This document shows positions 8,438-10,965 of a stretch of DNA of 10,965 nt, piece after piece. This DNA comes from Amoeboradix gromovi X-113 (Eukaryota; Fungi; Sanchytriomycota). A program made the translations under genes and the position numbers. Within the stretch, counting starts at the first letter, position 1; the number at the start of each line of letters is the position of its first letter. The stretch covers positions 1 through 10,965 of the forward strand of contig JADGIF010000321.1 of assembly GCA_018985225.1 (NCBI GenBank). Direction: 5' to 3'. A model generated the notes under the pieces. That model was not told the origin of the DNA and ran no database searches. It was given only the letters and a program-made list of their open reading frames with translations.

Positions 8438-8965
8438 TTAGTCGTAGTAATATTCTCTGCCTTTAACTACTCTCTGATATTGTGTACCTTGATAGTATCT
8501 ACCTCTCATAGTATCTTTAACCGTCCTAAAGTACAATTCCATACTTTCCCTCATTTGTTGAGCAGCTTCTTTATTAAGAGGGTCAAGCGGATTAGGTTCA
8601 TGAAATAGCATTAATAGTCCGAATAAAACGGATTGAAGACCTAATACAGGATTCCAATCAGCCCTAAGTACATTTAAACAGACGCTACCATCAACATCGA
8701 TATTTGGATGATAAATAACCTGGGTACATTTTAACTTGGGTGGATCATGAGGGTATGACATTGGAACTTCCATTTTGAAGGTGAACGTACCATTAGAGTA
8801 TGGTCCTTGAGTCGGCGTTATTTCTATATTTATGTCATGCAGATTATTAACATTATCAAAGTCGGTTTTAATATTTGGTGGAAGTTCTAGCTCGTTTATG
8901 TCTTTCTGGAGGCGAAGCGTAGCTGGTGAGGACGATCTGTTCTTCAACTTTTGCAAATGAATCAT
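8438..8965 (-). CDS. UBC12: NEDD8/Rub1-conjugating E2 enzyme Ubc12 (UBE2M), 175 aa
   Basis: MIHLQKLK N-terminal peptide, LRLQKDINEL, YPHDPPKLKC, YHPNIDVDGSVCLNVLRADW (catalytic Cys), EPNPLDPLNKEAA and TMRG. An in-frame TAA directly precedes the ATG. Confidence 0.93.
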   Translation of the reverse strand: MIHLQKLKNRSSSPATLRLQKDINELELPPNIKTDFDNVNNLHDINIEITPTQGPYSNGTFTFKMEVPMSYPHDPPKLKCTQVIYHPNIDVDGSVCLNVLRADWNPVLGLQSVLFGLLMLFHEPNPLDPLNKEAAQQMRESMELYFRTVKDTMRGRYYQGTQYQRVVKGREYYYD

Positions 8966-9359
8966 TTAAGTTGCACGGAGATGTAAGCAGTTTTTGATAT
9001 ACGTCCTCTGCAATCGAAGCTTTTCTGATGTAAATAATGTAAGCAACATGAACCCGTTTTCAACGCTACCAAAACTCATCAGCACAAGCTCATGCTCAGC
9101 AAATTATAGACACTGAATACCAGTCTCTTTAGCATCCACCTATTTATCAGATAACGTTAATATGTTGTACTGAATCTTGAAAAGCGAGTTTATTCAAATA
9201 AAAGATCTAATTTTTATACTTGGTGTGCTAATGTTTCTATTGCTATCAGAGTTAAACACAAAGCTAGTTGTTACATAATATGGCTGACACCGCTTATACA
9301 GCTATACTGTGTGCAAATGAACAAGTAAACTTAAATCTGAGCTAATACTTATTTGAATA

Positions 9360-9365
9360 TTTATT
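9360..9365 (-). terminator. AATAAA overlapping the PHP gene stop codon
   Basis: Minus strand reads GTT TAA TAA A. Confidence 0.5.
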
Positions 9366-10620
9366 AAACAGCGCGACCTTGGAGCAACTCTTCGCTTTCC
9401 GTATTGCCATCTGCACCATTTCGTTCAAAATCTGGACGACTGCATACACACATCCAAAAGTATCTAATCCACTTTGCCGATACTCTGCCAATGTAAATAA
9501 AGCTTATCCATGTATAAAAAATGTATATCATAAAAATCCAAAAAATAAAACTAAAAATTACATTAAAATCCAAATAGAATTGAGTAACATGGCAGGTACC
9601 ATCAACAAAACTATATGTTCCACCATCCAAGATATAGAATGACTTGAAAATTGTGTTAATTGCATCAATAGGAGCTAAAAACGAAGATTGCTCGTGCACA
9701 TCTCTTTGGTATAGATTTTCAGGATATGGATGTGATATTATTGTGTTTTTATGATGTCTTAATGCATCTAATACGCCTTGTTGTGTTTTTTCGCTCATCA
9801 AAGCATTCCATGAAAATGGATAACTAGGCCAGTGTATGTCGCTTCCAGCCCAAATAATCAGCTCATTATCAATACAAAATTGAAGAGTTGGCCAATCTAG
9901 TACATTTCCATTTACTACCTCAAATCCATCCACACCCCACTCCAGCAGTTGCTCTTTTGTAGGATGATCCTGTAAAACTGGTTTTAATCGATTTTCACGC
10001 TGTTGAAGAGACCAGGGCAAATGGTTGACTATTACTAACCCTTTTCTGTCATGCGTTAGTTTAATGACTCTTTCTAATTCTTGATCCGAAGGGAAGTTCG
10101 TGATTGGCAATAAATCAGCGTCACTTTCAATTCCAACAAAATTCATGTGAATACGACAACAAGAATACTCAAATCCTGGAATCACAAGCAGTGATGTGTT
10201 GTGCATAACATTGTAACTTTCAGATAGTTTTCTGATTTCCAAAGCACCGAATAAAGAATTGTGTTCTGTTGGAAATATTACATCAAATCCATTAGCAATT
10301 TCATACTCGATAAGTTGAAGACCAGTCAGGTACCCATCTGAGTATCTTGTATGTATGTGGCCATCGAAAGTCAAATTCCAGGGCTTATCGGTCAATTTGG
10401 AATATTTCTCAAGCTCGGTTTTATTCACTTGCCAATCAATATTAAAGGAGACAGATGATTTGGGGTATGAGCGCACAATAAGCTCAGACAAGAGACATAG
10501 CAATAAAAAAATGGAAAGCAACTTTATGAAATTCCTACAGTTGTCTAAAAGTTTCATTGTGGCAAAATGAAGAATTAGAGTTAATGATTTTTGAGTAAGT
10601 TGCTTTTCAAAGTGCGCCAT
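9364..10620 (-). CDS. Membrane-anchored PHP-domain (polymerase/histidinol phosphatase-like) metallophosphoesterase; start may be the ATG at 10557
   Basis: PHP motifs DGHIHTRYSDG, TEHN, PGFEY, RIHM, VNHL and GSDIH; hydrophobic segments near both termini (FIKLLSIFLLLCLLSELIV and VIFSFIFWIFMIYIFYTWISFIYI). Confidence 0.85.
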   Translation of the reverse strand: MAHFEKQLTQKSLTLILHFATMKLLDNCRNFIKLLSIFLLLCLLSELIVRSYPKSSVSFNIDWQVNKTELEKYSKLTDKPWNLTFDGHIHTRYSDGYLTGLQLIEYEIANGFDVIFPTEHNSLFGALEIRKLSESYNVMHNTSLLVIPGFEYSCCRIHMNFVGIESDADLLPITNFPSDQELERVIKLTHDRKGLVIVNHLPWSLQQRENRLKPVLQDHPTKEQLLEWGVDGFEVVNGNVLDWPTLQFCIDNELIIWAGSDIHWPSYPFSWNALMSEKTQQGVLDALRHHKNTIISHPYPENLYQRDVHEQSSFLAPIDAINTIFKSFYILDGGTYSFVDGTCHVTQFYLDFNVIFSFIFWIFMIYIFYTWISFIYIGRVSAKWIRYFWMCVCSRPDFERNGADGNTESEELLQGRAV

Positions 10621-10965
10621 GCTGAAGTGGAAACGATTCCTCTCGAGATGCGCAACGAGAATACAAAGAGAAGAATTTACTTATGGATCATAGCAACAAA
10701 TAAACACTGTTTTGATTACCAGAGATGAGTGCTAGATACGCAGTACACTCAGAATGTCAAATCGGCAAGTTCATCTTCTGAAGAGACAGATCTCTCCTAA
10801 GGAAGCACTTGGCAGTATGCACTTTTTGCCTAGAAATCTTAGCAATCGCAAAGTGTTATCTTGAATTAAGCTTAAAACGTTTATTTCATTGCCTGGAATA
10901 AACTAAAGTTGCATTTGCGGATAGAGAACAAATTGACCATGAAAAATAATTCCAGCGTTACTGAA

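Noticed and set aside
8971-9013. Imperfect inverted repeat just upstream of the UBC12 start
   Set aside because: It relies on G-U pairs that form only on the non-coding strand, and it is short enough to be chance.
9045-9100. Minus-strand CTGATGAG...GAAA resembling a hammerhead ribozyme core or snoRNA box C
   Set aside because: Stems I-III cannot be formed and no convincing snoRNA architecture is present.
9379-10570. Plus-strand ORFs 9379-9642 and 10355-10570
   Set aside because: Antisense shadows of the PHP gene.
1-10965. Alternative genetic code (TAA/TAG read as Gln)
   Set aside because: The conserved genes contain no in-frame TAA/TAG and end at TAA at positions expected for their families.
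10939-10965. ATG-initiated frame running off the right edge (MKNNSSVTE)
   Set aside because: Too short to assess.

Overview
AT-rich, gene-dense and almost intron-free eukaryotic DNA using the standard genetic code. It looks like a compact, early-diverging fungal or holomycotan genome, but this is inference only. Six genes are supported: mitochondrial-type malate dehydrogenase (-), a DENND6-family protein (+) only 51 bp away head-to-head, a bacterial-looking retinol-dehydrogenase-like SDR (+), a secreted GPI-anchored DOMON protein with a 33-bp tandem-repeat stalk (-), the NEDD8 E2 Ubc12 (-) and a membrane-anchored PHP-domain metallophosphoesterase (-). The most notable observations are: (1) a 20-nt GT-AG intron with a TTAAC branch motif that joins two ORFs of the track into one coherent DOMON-stalk-GPI gene; (2) AATAAA overlapping the stop codon in four of six genes; (3) an unannotated Tc1/mariner-type system, consisting of a decayed transposase, a 295-bp TIR-bounded MITE and a second element end at the window start.
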